From the human T2T-CHM13v2.0 reference genome, Homo sapiens, in the NCBI RefSeq assembly GCF_009914755.1, contig NC_060948.1: a DNA stretch of 64,000 bases. The stretch is one strand, 5' to 3'. The position numbers were made by a program, and so were the translations under genes. The notes beneath the pieces were generated by a model, which was not told where the DNA came from, ran no database searches, and saw only the letters and a program-made list of their open reading frames with translations. Every line of letters begins with the position of its first letter. The stretch's first letter is position 1. Positions 1-14,068 of this stretch are shown here, piece after piece.

Positions 1-111
1 CAATTTTTATACTGTATTTAAAATATATATAGTTATTGTATTTAGAAATGTAAGACTTTTCTTCTAAAGGCTAGATTACAGCCTCACCACTTTGTAAGAC
101 AAGCAGCAATG

Positions 112-440
112 GGCCGGGCATGGTGGCTAATGCCTGTAATCCCAGCACTTTGGGAGGCCAAGCCGGGCGGATCATCTGAGGTCAGAAGTTTGAGACAAGC
201 AGCCTGACCAACATGGAGAAACCCCGTCTCTACTAAAAATACAAAATTAGCTGAGCGTGTTGGCACATGCCTCTAATTCCAGCTACTCAGGAGGCTGAGG
301 CAGGAGAATAGCTTGAACCTGGGAGGCGGAGGTTGTGGTGAGCTGAGATCATGTCATTGCCCTCCAGCCTGGGAAACAAGAGTAAAACTCCGTCTCAAAA
401 AAAAAAAAATAAATAAAAAATAAAAAATAAAGGAAAAACA
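112..440 (+). mobile_element. Alu (AluS, Sp-like), full length
   Basis: Starts GGCCGGGCATGGTGGCT; central TACTAAAAATACAAAA linker; A-rich tail; AAGCAGCAAT duplicated at 101-110 and 441-450 (TSD). Confidence 0.95.
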
Positions 441-1221
441 AAGCAGCAATATATCAATGTATCAGTAGCATAATTTAGAAGTTTCTCTAGTATTACTTAA
501 ATGCTTATTTTTTAAAACTTTCTCATCAAAGCTTTATGAATAATTATAATATGTTTTCTTTGAAATGTTGTTGCCTTAACTGTATCAAACAATTAAAAAT
601 TCATGCTTTTCATGGATGCACAGTTAGAGTTGAAAATTGTAGTTATCTAGATTTTTTCTCTGTTTATTGAGGATTTTATGGGTTAAAGTTGCTCTTCATT
701 AAGTTTTGTATTTTATATTTCTGTATTTTTCAGAGTAGGCTGCCTCACATCAATTGTGTTTCTAGCTTCTACCTATTTATTATGGTTTTGAATTGCAGCA
801 TTCAAATCAGAATTTTGGGGGTTAATGTTAATTTTAACTTTGTTTGCAATTTTGTGTCTGTTTGTTTCATTTTTTAGGGTAGGCCACCTTACATCAGTTT
901 ACTGTTTTTAGTTTTAATTTATATATTATAATTTTGTATGACAATTGTCAACTCTGTACATCTTAATACAGTGTGAGGCAAAAGTCAACTATGAATCAGC
1001 CCTACTTCCTTTTTCAATATAATTATCTAAGTGTTTGTTTGCTTGTATAAACGTTACGCCTATTTTGTTTATGATTTGTATATTTTTCTTCTTGGCTGGT
1101 GGCCAATAATTGATTCTGTCTAGGTGAGTATTCATGGAAATTGTCTTAATTTCAACACCTTTATCTTATAATATCTTAATGTGAAAGAAACTGTTTTGTG
1201 GTTTGAAGGTAGGTTAGATGT

Positions 1222-1491
1222 CTTATTTATTTTTAAGACAGAGTCTTGCTCTGTCACCCGAAGTGCAGTGGCACAATCTCGGCTCACTGCAACCTCCACC
1301 TCCCAGGTTAAGGCAATTCTCCTGCTTCAGCCTCCTGAATAGCTGGGATTAAAGACATGGACAACCATGCCTGGCTAAGTTTTGTATTTTTAGTAGAAAT
1401 GGGGCCAGGCTTGTCCTGAATTCTTAATCTCAAGTTATCTGAACACCTTGGCCTCCCAGAGTGTTGGGATTACAGGCCTGCGCCACCTGCC
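1222..1491 (-). mobile_element. Alu (AluS-like)
   Basis: Reverse-complement Alu motifs GAGTCTTGCTCTGTCACC...TTTGTATTTTTAGTAGA...GGGATTACAGGC. Confidence 0.9.
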
Positions 1492-2754
1492 CTCAGGTGT
1501 CATTGTTAATTTTAATTGTGGTAAAAATATGTAACATAAAATTGAGAATCTTAAATATTTTTTCTTATACAGTTTAGCCATGTTAAGTGTATTTACGTTG
1601 TTATGCAACATATCTGTAAAACTTTTTCTGTTGCAAAACTTAAAACTCAATATAAATTAATAATACCCATTTTTTTTTTTTTTTTTTTTTTTTACCACCA
1701 GGCTCCTGATGAAAACGATTCCATTTTCTGTTTTTAAAAGTTTCAATACTTTCGATATTACAAGTAAGTGGAATCATAAAGTATCTGTTTTACTGTGGAT
1801 AAGTTTAGTTAGCATCATGTGCTTCAGGTTTATCTTTATTGTGGATGTTACAAGATTTTCTGCTTTTAAAGGCTGAGTAGTTTTCCATTACTTTTATATG
1901 ACAAATTGTATTTATTCATTTATTTGGTGAAGAAAGTTTGTTTTGCTTTCAAATATTGGCCTTTTTGAATAATGTTTCAAAGAATATAGGTGTTCCATTA
2001 ACTATTTGCCCACATGTGCAAGGTTTTCATCTGTGCTACATTGTGTTTTATTGGAAAACTTGTCTGTCTTTATGCCAGAACCAAACTGTTTTTATTACTG
2101 TAGCTTTGTAATGTGCTTCAAAATCAGAAAAGGTGACATCAATAACATTGTTTCTTTTTTTTTTTTTTTTTTAACATTTTTGGGCTCTTTTTTTGTCCCT
2201 GAGATTCCATATAATTGTTGGTTACTTTTCCTATTCCTGAAAAAAAAAAATTAATTTAAAAGGGATTGCATTGAATCTGTAGTTCACTAGGAAGTATGAA
2301 CATTTTCACAATATTAAGTCTTACAACCCTTGAACACAAGCATGCTCAAAAGTGAGTTGTTTAATTTCCATATGTGCTGATATTTTTGTTTTCTTCTGTT
2401 ATCAATTTCTAGTTTTATTCCATTTTGATCAGAAATAATAGTCTTTAAGATTTCTATTCTTAAAAAATTATTAAGTCTTGTTTTGTGGCCTAATAGGTTT
2501 TGTATCCAGGAGAATGTTTTATAAACTATTGAGAAAATTGTGTTCTTCTATTGTTGTGTATTCTGTATATTCTCATTAGATCTAATTTTTCTGTAGAGTT
2601 TTCAAAATTTCTGTTTCCTTATTAATATTTAGGCTAGCTTTACTATTCATTATTAAAAGTTTGAATTAAAGTATTCTACCATTTTTTTTGTCTATTGTAA
2701 TAATTATTTCAATGTTTACTTTGTACATTTGGAAAGACTGGTGTGAAAAATTTA

Positions 2755-2803
2755 TGTATCTATCTATCTATCTATCTATATATATATATACACACATATA
2801 TAT
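2755..2803. repeat. (TCTA)n/(TA)n/(CA)n compound microsatellite
   Basis: Directly visible. Confidence 0.9.
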
Positions 2804-2895
2804 AATAAAATTTCATAAGTTCTAAGTGAATGAGCCCTTTTATTATTATTTAATGCTCTTCTTTGTCTCCTGTGACAGTTTAGACTAAAAGTTTA

Positions 2896-3186
2896 CTTTT
2901 ATTTTTGAGGAGGAGTCTCCCTCTGCCGCCCAGGCTGGAGTGCAGTGGTACGACCTCAGCTCACTGCAAGCTCCGCCTCGTGGGTTCACCCCATTCTCCT
3001 GCCTCACCTCTCGAGTAGCTGGGACTACAGGTGCCCACCACTATTCCTAGCTACGTTTTTGTATTTTTAGTAGAGATAGGGTTTCACCGTGTTAGCCAGG
3101 ATGGTTTCCATCTCCTGACCTTGTGATCCACCCACACTGGCCTTTCAAAGTGTTGGGATTACAGGCATGAGCCACCATGCCCAGCC
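2896..3186 (-). mobile_element. Alu (AluY-like)
   Basis: GCAAGCTCCGCCTC, CCATTCTCC and GTGTTAGCCAGGATGG are AluY-type diagnostics. Confidence 0.9.
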
Positions 3187-3563
3187 TACTTAAAGTTTGT
3201 TTTATGAACTATGACTAAAATATATTTTGCCTAACACAGCTGTGACCAGCACTGCTCTCATAGGATTTCAATTTACATCAAAAGTCGATTTTGATCTTAC
3301 TACTTTCAGTCTAGTTTTGACATTAGATCTAAAGTGAGTCACTTATGGAAAGGATAAAGTTGTTGTTGATTAATCCATCTATTCAATTTACATGGTTTGA
3401 TTGAAAAGTTTAGTTCATAAATATTAAGATATCTTTTTGAAATTGAAGAACTTAATTTTGTCATTGTTTTCTCTGATTTTCATAGCTATGTGATCCCCTT
3501 TACCCACTCCTTTCAATCTTCCCTTCTGTGTTGATTTTTATAGTGGCATGCTTTAATGTATTT

Positions 3564-3589
3564 GTGTGTGTGTGTGTGTGTGTGTGTGT
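3564..3589. repeat. (TG)n microsatellite
   Basis: About 13 TG units. Confidence 0.95.
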
Positions 3590-3642
3590 ATCTCTGTAAA
3601 TGTTTTTCTTGCAGTTACCATGGGGATTGCATAAAACCTTCT

Positions 3643-3935
3643 GTTTTTCTTTTGAGATGGATTCTGACACTGTCGCTCAGGTTGGAGTGCAGTGGTGCAA
3701 TCTCAGCTCACAGCAACCTCTGCTTCCTGAGTTCAAATGATTCTCCTGCCTCAGACTCCCCAGGGGCTGGGATTACAGGGGACCACCACTATGCCCAGCT
3801 AATTTTTTGTATTTTTAGTAGAGATGGGGGGTTTCACCATGTTGACCAGGCTGGTGTCAATCTCCTGACTTCATGATTCTCCCGTCTCGGCCTCCTAAAG
3901 TGCTGTGATTACAGGCATGAGCCAACATGCCCAGC
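3643..3935 (-). mobile_element. Alu (AluS-like)
   Basis: Full dimeric Alu in antisense. Confidence 0.9.
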
Positions 3936-5030
3936 CAGCAACAAATTAATTTCAATTGCATACGAACATTCTTTCTCTTTCCATCTGCCTCAACTTAATA
4001 TTATTGATGTCACTAATATCTTTTTATATTATATATCATTAACAAATGTTTTTGCGTATTTTTAGTCTTTTGTTTTTTGATTATATTACATAATTACGTA
4101 TGTTTTCTGAACCATCATTTGAATTCATCAGAATTTTATTTTTGTGCTTGCATGTTTCTTTTCCAAAGAGTTATGTACTTTCATCTAATTTTGCAATGCT
4201 ATTTAGCATGACTTTATTTTTCATGAGAAAATCTCTCTTTAGCATTTCTTGTAGTGCAGTCCTAGTGGTGATATGCTGTTGCAGTATGTGGTCATCATGA
4301 AAAGACTTTGCTTTTTCTTCATTGTGATAAATAGTGTATCTGGATATAGTATTGTTGCTTAAAATTTTTTGTTCTTTCAGCACATTGACAATATTACCCA
4401 TGTCCCTTCTGGCCAGCAAGATTCCTGCAGGTAGATTCACTGATTATCTGACAGAAGAACCCATATAAATGACACATAGCTTTTCTTTTTTAGCTTTCAA
4501 GATCATCTACTAGTCTGTGACTTTCAAAACTTTGCTTATAATTTTTCTCATTATGAATCTTTTTGTGTTTATCTTAGTTAAAATTTGTTGAACATTTTAA
4601 TTTTTATGTTTTTTTCTTAAGCTTGATAATTTCTCAGGCATTTTTTCTTTTTATATTCTTCAACTTCATAATTTGTTCTCTAATAGTTTTTATCTTATTG
4701 TGTTTGTTCTCATTTTCCTGATTTTATTTCGTTGTCTGTGCTCACATTTTGCTCACTCAGCACCATTTAGATAATTATTTTAAAATTTTTTAGGTAATTT
4801 ATACTTCTCTATTTCTTTAGGGTAGATTTCTGGATATTTATCTTTTTTTTATTATTTTTCCGTATTGCCCTAATACTTTGTATATATTGTAATTTTTGGC
4901 TGATTATGTTATATTACATTATATATGTCCATTAAACTTGGCCATTTAAAATAATCACTGGTCACAGTTTTTACTTAGAGGCTTTGTTCTGAGAGAATCT
5001 GATACAAACTTGTTGGCCTAGAAATTCTGA

Positions 5031-5529
<499 letters not shown>

Positions 5530-5976
5530 ACAGACATTCCTTCTTGTGAATGTGGAGGACATGCATGCCCCTGACAAAAAAAGCTTTAGAGTTTTTAAAA
5601 AATTTGATATGGGTTTGGGGGTAATCTAACCACTACTATAGCTACAAGAAATCCTCGTGTAATTTTGTCAACTGTGAAGCAACAGCATCCATCAGTATTA
5701 ATAGCCTGTATGAAGTGCATTTTCCCACTGAGTTCTCCAAAAAAGTCCTCAGTGTAGAGATAGGAAAACACAGGCTTCGCAATTTCAAATGGCTGCTGAA
5801 CAGCACATGGGTCAGAACTAAGAACCTTCCAGAGAGGGCTGCATGAAATTTCCTCTAAATTACCTGAAACACAGCAGCTTCTGACACTGAGTGCAAGAAC
5901 CTGGAGAAGCCATATTTCCTCTGCATTTTGGAGACAGTGAACAGGGCAAGACAGCTTAGAAAGAATTAAAGCAACA

Positions 5977-6293
5977 TTTTTTTCTTCCTTTTTTTTTTTT
6001 TTTTTTTTTTGAGACAGAGTCTCACACAGTCACCCAGGAGTGGAGTGCAGTGGCAGGATCTCGGCTCACTGCAAGCTCAGCCTCCTGGGTTCACGCCATT
6101 TTTCTGCCTCAGCTTCCTGAGTAGCTGGGACTACATGTGCGTGCCACCACATCCGGGTAATTTTTTTGTGTTTTTATTAGAGATGGGGTTTCACCGTGTT
6201 AGCAAGGATGGTCTCGATCTCCTGACCTCATGATTCACCCACTTCGGCCTCCAAAAGTGCTGGGGTTACAGGTGTGAGCCACTGTGACCGGCC
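5977..6293 (-). mobile_element. Alu (AluY-like)
   Basis: GCAAGCTC, TTCACGCCATT and CGTGTTAGC-AGGATGGTCTCGATCTCC diagnostics. Confidence 0.92.
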
Positions 6294-6519
6294 CTTCTTT
6301 CTTTAATATTAAGGAAAGTCTTGAGAAAGAGACACAACATTTCCAGACCTGGTAAGAAGATAAATGCTGGGAGACTCCAGGATTAATGACAGAGTCAAAG
6401 ATCTGAGGAGATAAATTGAGGAACAGAAAACCCATATCTATATTTAAAATAACAACTACCAAGTGACTTAAACACATCAGTTGGAAAAATGGAAATAAAA
6501 GGAAAAATATGTTTTTATT

Positions 6520-6730
6520 GTGCCCACAGACATGAGATTGTCAGAAAATTAAAAGAATGTTAATATCCAGGGGAGGCTGGGTTCAGAGAAGCAGCTTTAT
6601 TCAGGGACTGTTGATGACAATGTACTTGCCACAGACCTTGTGGAAAGTCATCTGCCTGTAGCTTTGGAAATTTTACATATGTATATCATTTTACCCAGTA
6701 ATCACTTTCCTGGCAATCTACCATTAATAC
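6520..6730 (+). mobile_element. Decayed L1M(E)-like ORF2 3' fragment
   Basis: TTTTACCCAGTAATCACTTTCCTGGCAATCTACC resembles the conserved L1 GACCCAGCAATTCCACTCCTAGGAATCTAC motif. Confidence 0.45.
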
Positions 6731-6736
6731 ATATCA

Positions 6737-7152
6737 TGTTCCAAATTGTGTCCCTTCTCCCAAATTTATATGTTGCTATTCTAAAATTTATATGTTGACA
6801 TTCTAAGGCATATATAATATAATTAGCCTCAAATTGTGAGTGAGTGTGTGTTTGGACATATCGCTTTTAAAGAGGTGACTATGATTAAGTAAGTTCAGTA
6901 AAGTGAACCCTAACCTAACATGACTGGAGTCCTTTCAAAAAGAGTAAAGACGCAGAGGCTCAAGAGAAGACACTCTGAAAACAGAAATAGAAGGTGGTCG
7001 ATTAATCTCAAGTAGAAATATGCATTAGAGAAACCACTTCAGCCAATAGCTTGTTGTTCAATTTCTAGCCTCCAGAATTATGAGAAACTCAGTTTCCATT
7101 GAGATCTTCAGTACACGGTACTAGATTATGGAAGCCCAAGCAAACTGTTCCA
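6737..7152 (+). mobile_element. MaLR solo LTR (MLT1-like)
   Basis: AATTGTGTCCC...AAATTTATATGTTG at the start; ACCCTAA...ATGACTGGAGTCCTT internally; TTCTAGCCTCCAGAATTATGAGAAA...AGCAAACT at the end. Confidence 0.75.
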
Positions 7153-8016
7153 GCCAATCATGACACACAGATAAATTTTCTTCATTACAGCTAAAATGAA
7201 AATAGAATGTTATCATGGCAGGCTCCACCAGCATTGAAAGGCTAAGCCACTCTGCGAAATTACCTTCTTGTATAGAACATTACGAAGACATGTGAAGGCA
7301 CAGCTTCTACCCTGATGGGCTACAGGGATGAGTTCTCTGAGGTGCCACATTGCAGGCAAATGAAGGGAACAAAGTAACCTCTTTTTCACGTAACCTCTTC
7401 CCTATTTTTGTGTGAAAACCTTCTTAGTAATAGTGGTGGCTTTTAAGTATTGGAGAAAGTCTGGCAATACAGTGAAGCTGCCTGCTACAGAAGATACCTG
7501 GGCTAAATAGTTAATACAATACAAACTATAGCAACATGAATAAATACAGTCCAGTGTAAAGTAAAAACAACACAAAGGCCTCCTCTGGTATTTCTACAAG
7601 TACGTGAACAGGGACTTTACACCTAACCAAGTTGCCATTGGGACTAATGAAAGCCAGATTTTTGGCTGCAGAACTTTGGGTCACTCTGAGAAAAAAGCTC
7701 TAAGACAGAGCCCAGAGACAGTCCATATTTGGGTCTGGGTTTTGGACCCATCCTGGCATTGTCAGGCCCCAGTCTGTAGAGACTGCCATGTGCCTGCTCT
7801 CACCATAGCTCACTGGGCCCTGCTTGGTGGTATGGTGAACCTGCCCCTTGTCCAAGGAGATGGGGACTTGAACTCATCAAACAGCTGCTCATTGATTTTG
7901 ATACAGCTCTATAAAGAGAATGCCCAGCAGCCAAGCCAAGCCAAAAAAAAAAAAAAATGTTAATGGTCTCCCTTGTTTTTACCACAAGGTGACATCCCCA
8001 TTAGAAATTCTGCTCC

Positions 8017-8312
8017 CGCCTGGGTGCGGTGCCTTATGCCTGTAATTCCAGCAGCTTGGGAGGCTGAGGCAGGTGGATCATGAGGTCAGGAGATCGAGAC
8101 CATCCTGGCTAACATGGTGAAACCCCGTCTCTACTGAAAAAAAAAAATTAGCTGAATTTGGTGGCAGGAGACTGTAGTCCCAGCTACTCGGGAGGCTGAG
8201 GCAGGGGAACAACGTGAACCCAGGAAGAGAGTTTGCAGTGAGCAGAGATTGAGCCACTGCACTCCAGCCTGGGTGACAGAGTGAGATTCTGTCTCAAAAA
8301 AAAAAAAAAAAA
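8017..8312 (+). mobile_element. Alu (AluY-like)
   Basis: GGAGATCGAGACCATCCTGGCTAACA diagnostic; flanked by AAATT(C/A)TGCTCCC on both sides (TSD). Confidence 0.93.
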
Positions 8313-9259
8313 TTATGCTCCCCAGATCAGACACATAGGAGCATCTTCATAGATCCCCAGTGCATGAAGAAACCAGAGGACAGCTGAAGACCTTGAGATT
8401 CACATCTGAGTAGACACACTTGCTCTCCAACACTCAACTATTTATTCAACCAGCCATGACCTGGGTTTGAACATGACGGACTCACCAGAGTTCCAAAGCC
8501 TGACAACCTGCACCTGTCAGGAAAAGCCACCTCCTTTCCTGTTCCCCCTGAAACACATGGTTATGGTGGGCCAGATGGGGTTTCCCAGATTAGATGACAA
8601 GAGAGGCCTGGCATGGACAGACCTGCCCTGGACTACACTGCAGTTCCTGTGGGTGCCTCTTGCCAAATGGGCACAGGTATCAAGGATGTGGGCTCAGCCA
8701 ACATCTGTATTATTTGAAAAGGCTCTCAACTTTGGACCTTTCTAAGGTAACAGCTTAGGAATATCACCACGAAATAAGAACATAGTGTTCTCTTAAGCAT
8801 ATCCCATGAAATGAGCTAGGTACAGGGCTGTCTCTAGAGTGTGGATGTCTAGTTTTCAAAGTTCTAAATTCTATCAGGTTCTGTCACAAGAGGAGTGTGT
8901 TAGTTCTTCAAGGTTCCATCATCCCCTGAGCCCTTTTCTTCTATAAATGTATGCAAAGTCTCTGCACAGCTGCTGATTACTCACCTTCCTATCCCGTGTC
9001 AACTCTTCATCTGTACACAGTTATGCAAACACAAGCCCCTTACCCCATGAAAACATCTAAATACAGCCAGGGCCCCAGGTTTGAGGGAAAAGAGCTGGAT
9101 TAGAACATTCTTTTTCTTCTCATTTCTGTGATCATAAAAAAACCACTGTGTTTCAAGTCTCCCCAGCCCTGAAATATATGCACATTGGGGATTCTGCTAG
9201 CATCGGCTTCCAAGCAATTTCTTTGAATATATAGGAGGTAGAGTGAATAAAATTCAGTT

Positions 9260-9495
9260 AGGTGCAGTGGCTCATGCCTGTAATCCCAGCACATTAGGAG
9301 GCCAAGGCAGGTGGATCGACTTAAGGCCAAGAGTTCGAGACAAGCCTTGGCAAACATGGCAAAAATTCAGGAGGCTGGGGTCAGTGAGTCGCTTCAACCA
9401 GAGAGGCAGAGGTTGCAGTAAGCCGAGAATGTGCCACAGCACTCCAGCCTAGGTGATAGAGCAAGATCCTGTCTCAAAATAACAATAATAATAAG
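9260..9495 (+). mobile_element. Alu with internal deletion, (AAT)n tail
   Basis: Left arm jumps at ~9365 to TCAGGAGGCTG of the right arm. Confidence 0.8.
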
Positions 9496-9499
9496 CATG

Positions 9500-9725
9500 A
9501 TAAAAAGATTAGCTAGGTGTGGTGGTGCATGCCAGTACTCCCAGCTACTCAGGAGTCTGAGATAAGGAGAAGATCACTTGAAGCCTGAAAAATTGAGGCA
9601 GCAGTCAGTCATGACCCACTCTAACCTGGGCAATCCTGTGAGAAAGAGAGAAAAGAAAGAAGGAAAGAAGGAAAGAGAAAGAAAGAAAGAAAGAAGAGAG
9701 AAAGAGAGAAAGAAAGAAAGAAACA
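9500..9725 (+). mobile_element. Old Alu right-arm fragment followed by (GAAA)n purine tract
   Basis: TTAGCTAGGTGTGGTGGTGCATGCC...GATCACTTGAAGCC; GA-rich run 9640-9725. Confidence 0.75.
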
Positions 9726-9728
9726 AAT

Positions 9729-10033
<305 letters not shown>

Positions 10034-10081
10034 TCATATTGGATCTGCCCATTTGTCAACTCCGAGATCTATATTTTCCAT

Positions 10082-11525
<1,444 letters not shown>

Positions 11526-11565
11526 TCCTGGTAATCACTCACAACCACGACATGTGTTCTGATTT

Positions 11566-11730
11566 TTTTTCTTTCTTTTCTTTTCTTTCTCTCTCTTTCT
11601 TTCTTTCCTTCCTTCCTTCCTTCCTTCCTTCCTTCCTTCCTTCCTTCCTTCCTTCCTTCATTTCTTCCTCTCTTTCTTTCTTTCTTTCTTTCTTTCTTCT
11701 CTTTCTTCTTTTTTTGATGGAGTCTTGCTC
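11566..11730. repeat. (CTTT)n/(CCTT)n pyrimidine tract ending in a short Alu 3' stub
   Basis: Directly visible; followed by GATGGAGTCTTGCTCTGT. Confidence 0.9.
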
Positions 11731-12194
11731 TGTGTGAGGCGAGGAGCATCACCTTGGAAGCCACAGCACCGCATTACAAAGCCCCATTCACATGCACAAA
11801 GCTTTATTCCCTTCCTGAATTCCTAGCTGGTGACTTCTATGGCTTCAGGCTTCTCTCCATTCAGAAGCTTTTGCAGGAGCCACCCCACCCAAAGCCTGGG
11901 GTGTGGGATGGAGCTAGAAAGTCAGTCTCCCACCTTTTCTAGCTTGGCCACAACATCCTCTGTCCCCCACCGCTTGCTCACCCTTTGAGATCCCCGGCCT
12001 CCATCACCTTGGAGGCTGACCTCTTACTTTACTTTATGTCTTTCTTCCTTTCTTGGGCTTGAGTAGGGGGTGTAGAGGTGAGAGTGTGTGCGGGGAGGGA
12101 TGTGTGTGATGAGGACATAGGGGAGTGTCCTAAGGGTCGATTTACTCTCATGCTTCTTTTATCACCATCACCGTAGATGAAACCAACAATAAAC

Positions 12195-12460
12195 TAAACA
12201 CGGTGTGTTCTCATCTGTAAGTGGGAACTACATAATGAGAACATGTGGGCAGAAAGAGGGCGACCAGAGACACGGGACCTTACTTGAGGGAGGAGGAATG
12301 GTAGGAGAGATAGTTTCAGATTAAAACACAAAAACTGTCCGGTATTGCGCTGAGTACCCAGGTGATGAAATAATCTGCACTCTGAACCCCCCAGTCAGAA
12401 GTTACCTATATGACAATCTTGCACATGTATGCTTCAACAAGAAATAAAATTTGAGAAAGA
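12195..12460 (+). mobile_element. Old primate L1 3'UTR fragment (L1PA13-16/L1PB-like) embedded in the IGS copy
   Basis: TGTTCTCA..TAAGTGGGAACTA..TAATGAGAACA; GTACCCAGGTGATGAAATAATCTG; TGCACATGTA...AAATAAAA. Confidence 0.8.
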
Positions 12461-12659
12461 GAGAGAGAGAAACAAAACGAAACACCACCTCCTTGACCTG
12501 AGGCAGGGGGTACCGGCCTTATAGGGGACATTCAGTGGCAATGCAAGAAAGCCACAGTTAGCCCCATGGAATATATTCTGCCACTTAAGGGATCAGAAAC
12601 TGCAAACAACTGTAGGTTCTAAAGGGGAAAAGGGAAGGAAGGCAGGGGATTATTTCAGT

Positions 12660-12935
12660 CTTTTTTTCTGAGACTGAGTCTCTTGCTCTGCTGCCCAGTC
12701 TGGGGTGCATTGGCACTATCTTGGCTCACTGCAACCTCTGCCTCCTGGGTTCCAGCAATTCCCATGCTTCAGCCTTCAGTAGCTGGGATTACAGATGCAC
12801 ACAGCCACGACAGGCTAATTTTTGTATTTTTAGTAGAGACGGGGTTTTGCCATGGTGGCTAAGCTGGTCTCGAACTCCTAACTTCAAGTCTCCTGGCCCT
12901 CCCAGAGTGCTGGCATGACAGGCGTGAGCCACCGA
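12660..12935 (-). mobile_element. Alu
   Basis: Antisense dimeric Alu with a small deletion. Confidence 0.88.
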
Positions 12936-13791
12936 GATTTCAGCCTTTAAAAGTGTATGTTCTGCCGCCTTTCACTGCAGCCCTTATGTTCTGAATGGTG
13001 TGTCATTTCTGCTATAGGTTGACTCCCTTAGTCCCCTCTCCCCGTTATTACTCAGTTAAGTAAGTTAGTTTTGTTTTTTGTCTTCTTGGCTTTTAGACGG
13101 TGCTGTCACCACAGCTGTTGTCGGTGGCTAGCAGACCGTGTGTCATCCCAAGTCAGATGCACGGAATCCCACTGGGAGGGGAGAAAAGGATAGGGGTATC
13201 TGGAGACTTTTGCCTTGGGAGACTGTCATTTTTCACCGCTCACAAAAACATGGGAGCAGGGAGAGTGCTTTGCCTTCCACCCTCTGAAGTTTCATCTGAA
13301 ACCTCAACTCGTCAGAGGCAGAAGAATAAAAGAATAGGCAGATATGTTTCTGGGACCTGTCTTCATGGGAGTCTACAGAACGAAGGCCCCAAGAGGATGG
13401 GGAAATTGTCCGTGTATATGCTTGAATTCCACAGGGTGTGTTTTGTTCGACTGTAGGTCCTGAGACTCCCGTTCTGGGGAGGGCCCTGCACCTTCCACGA
13501 AAGGAAGGAGTGCCATGTTTAGAGAGGATGAGAGAAATCTAGACAGACAGGCATTGCTGGGCTTCCCCACTCGGTGTATGATTTTGGGAGGTAGAGGCCA
13601 GGTCTGCACTTGGATGGAAGGGGCATGTTCAGGCTTTTCCCCCTGTCTCTTGTGGAGTCTACATCTCGTATTTCCCTGACAAACTCCTCAATTTAAAAAT
13701 TAACGGTGAAACAAAATCTGACCTAGTGAAACCACCTGTGAAGGCAATGAGAAAGAAAGCTCATTATTGTGGCATAAAACTCTATACACAT

Positions 13792-14068
13792 GGTGGGGCA
13801 CGGTGGCTGATGCCTGTAATCCTAGCACGTCGGGAGGCCGAGGTGGGCGGATCACCTGAGGTCGGAGTTCGAAACCAGCCAGACCCACATGGAGAAAACG
13901 TGCTTGTACTAAAAATAAAAAATTAACGGCGCGTGGTGGCATATGCCTATAATCCCAGGAACTCAGGAGGCTGAGGCAGGAAAATCGGTTGAACCTGGGA
14001 GGCAGAGGTTGCAGTGAGCCCAGGTTGTGCCACTACACTGTAGCCTGGGCAACAAGAGCGAAACTCTT
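13792..14068 (+). mobile_element. Alu (AluSp-like), tail-less, CpG-rich
   Basis: GGATCACCTGAGGTCGGAGTTCG, ACATGGAGAAA, GGCAACAAGAGCGAAACTC. Confidence 0.9.

Larger units (their letters stand above)
1505..4900 (-). mobile_element. Highly decayed old L1 (L1M-type) fragments: 3'UTR, ORF2 pieces and ORF1 C-terminus, interrupted by Alus
   Basis: ORF 4171-4440(-) ARRDMGNIVNVLKE...ITTRTALQEMLK resembles the L1 ORF1p C-terminus; GGGATTGCATTGAATCTGTAG (2261) and ATTACTGTAGCTTTGTA (2094) are L1 ORF2 antisense motifs; 1505-1990 resembles an L1M 3' end. Confidence 0.7.
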
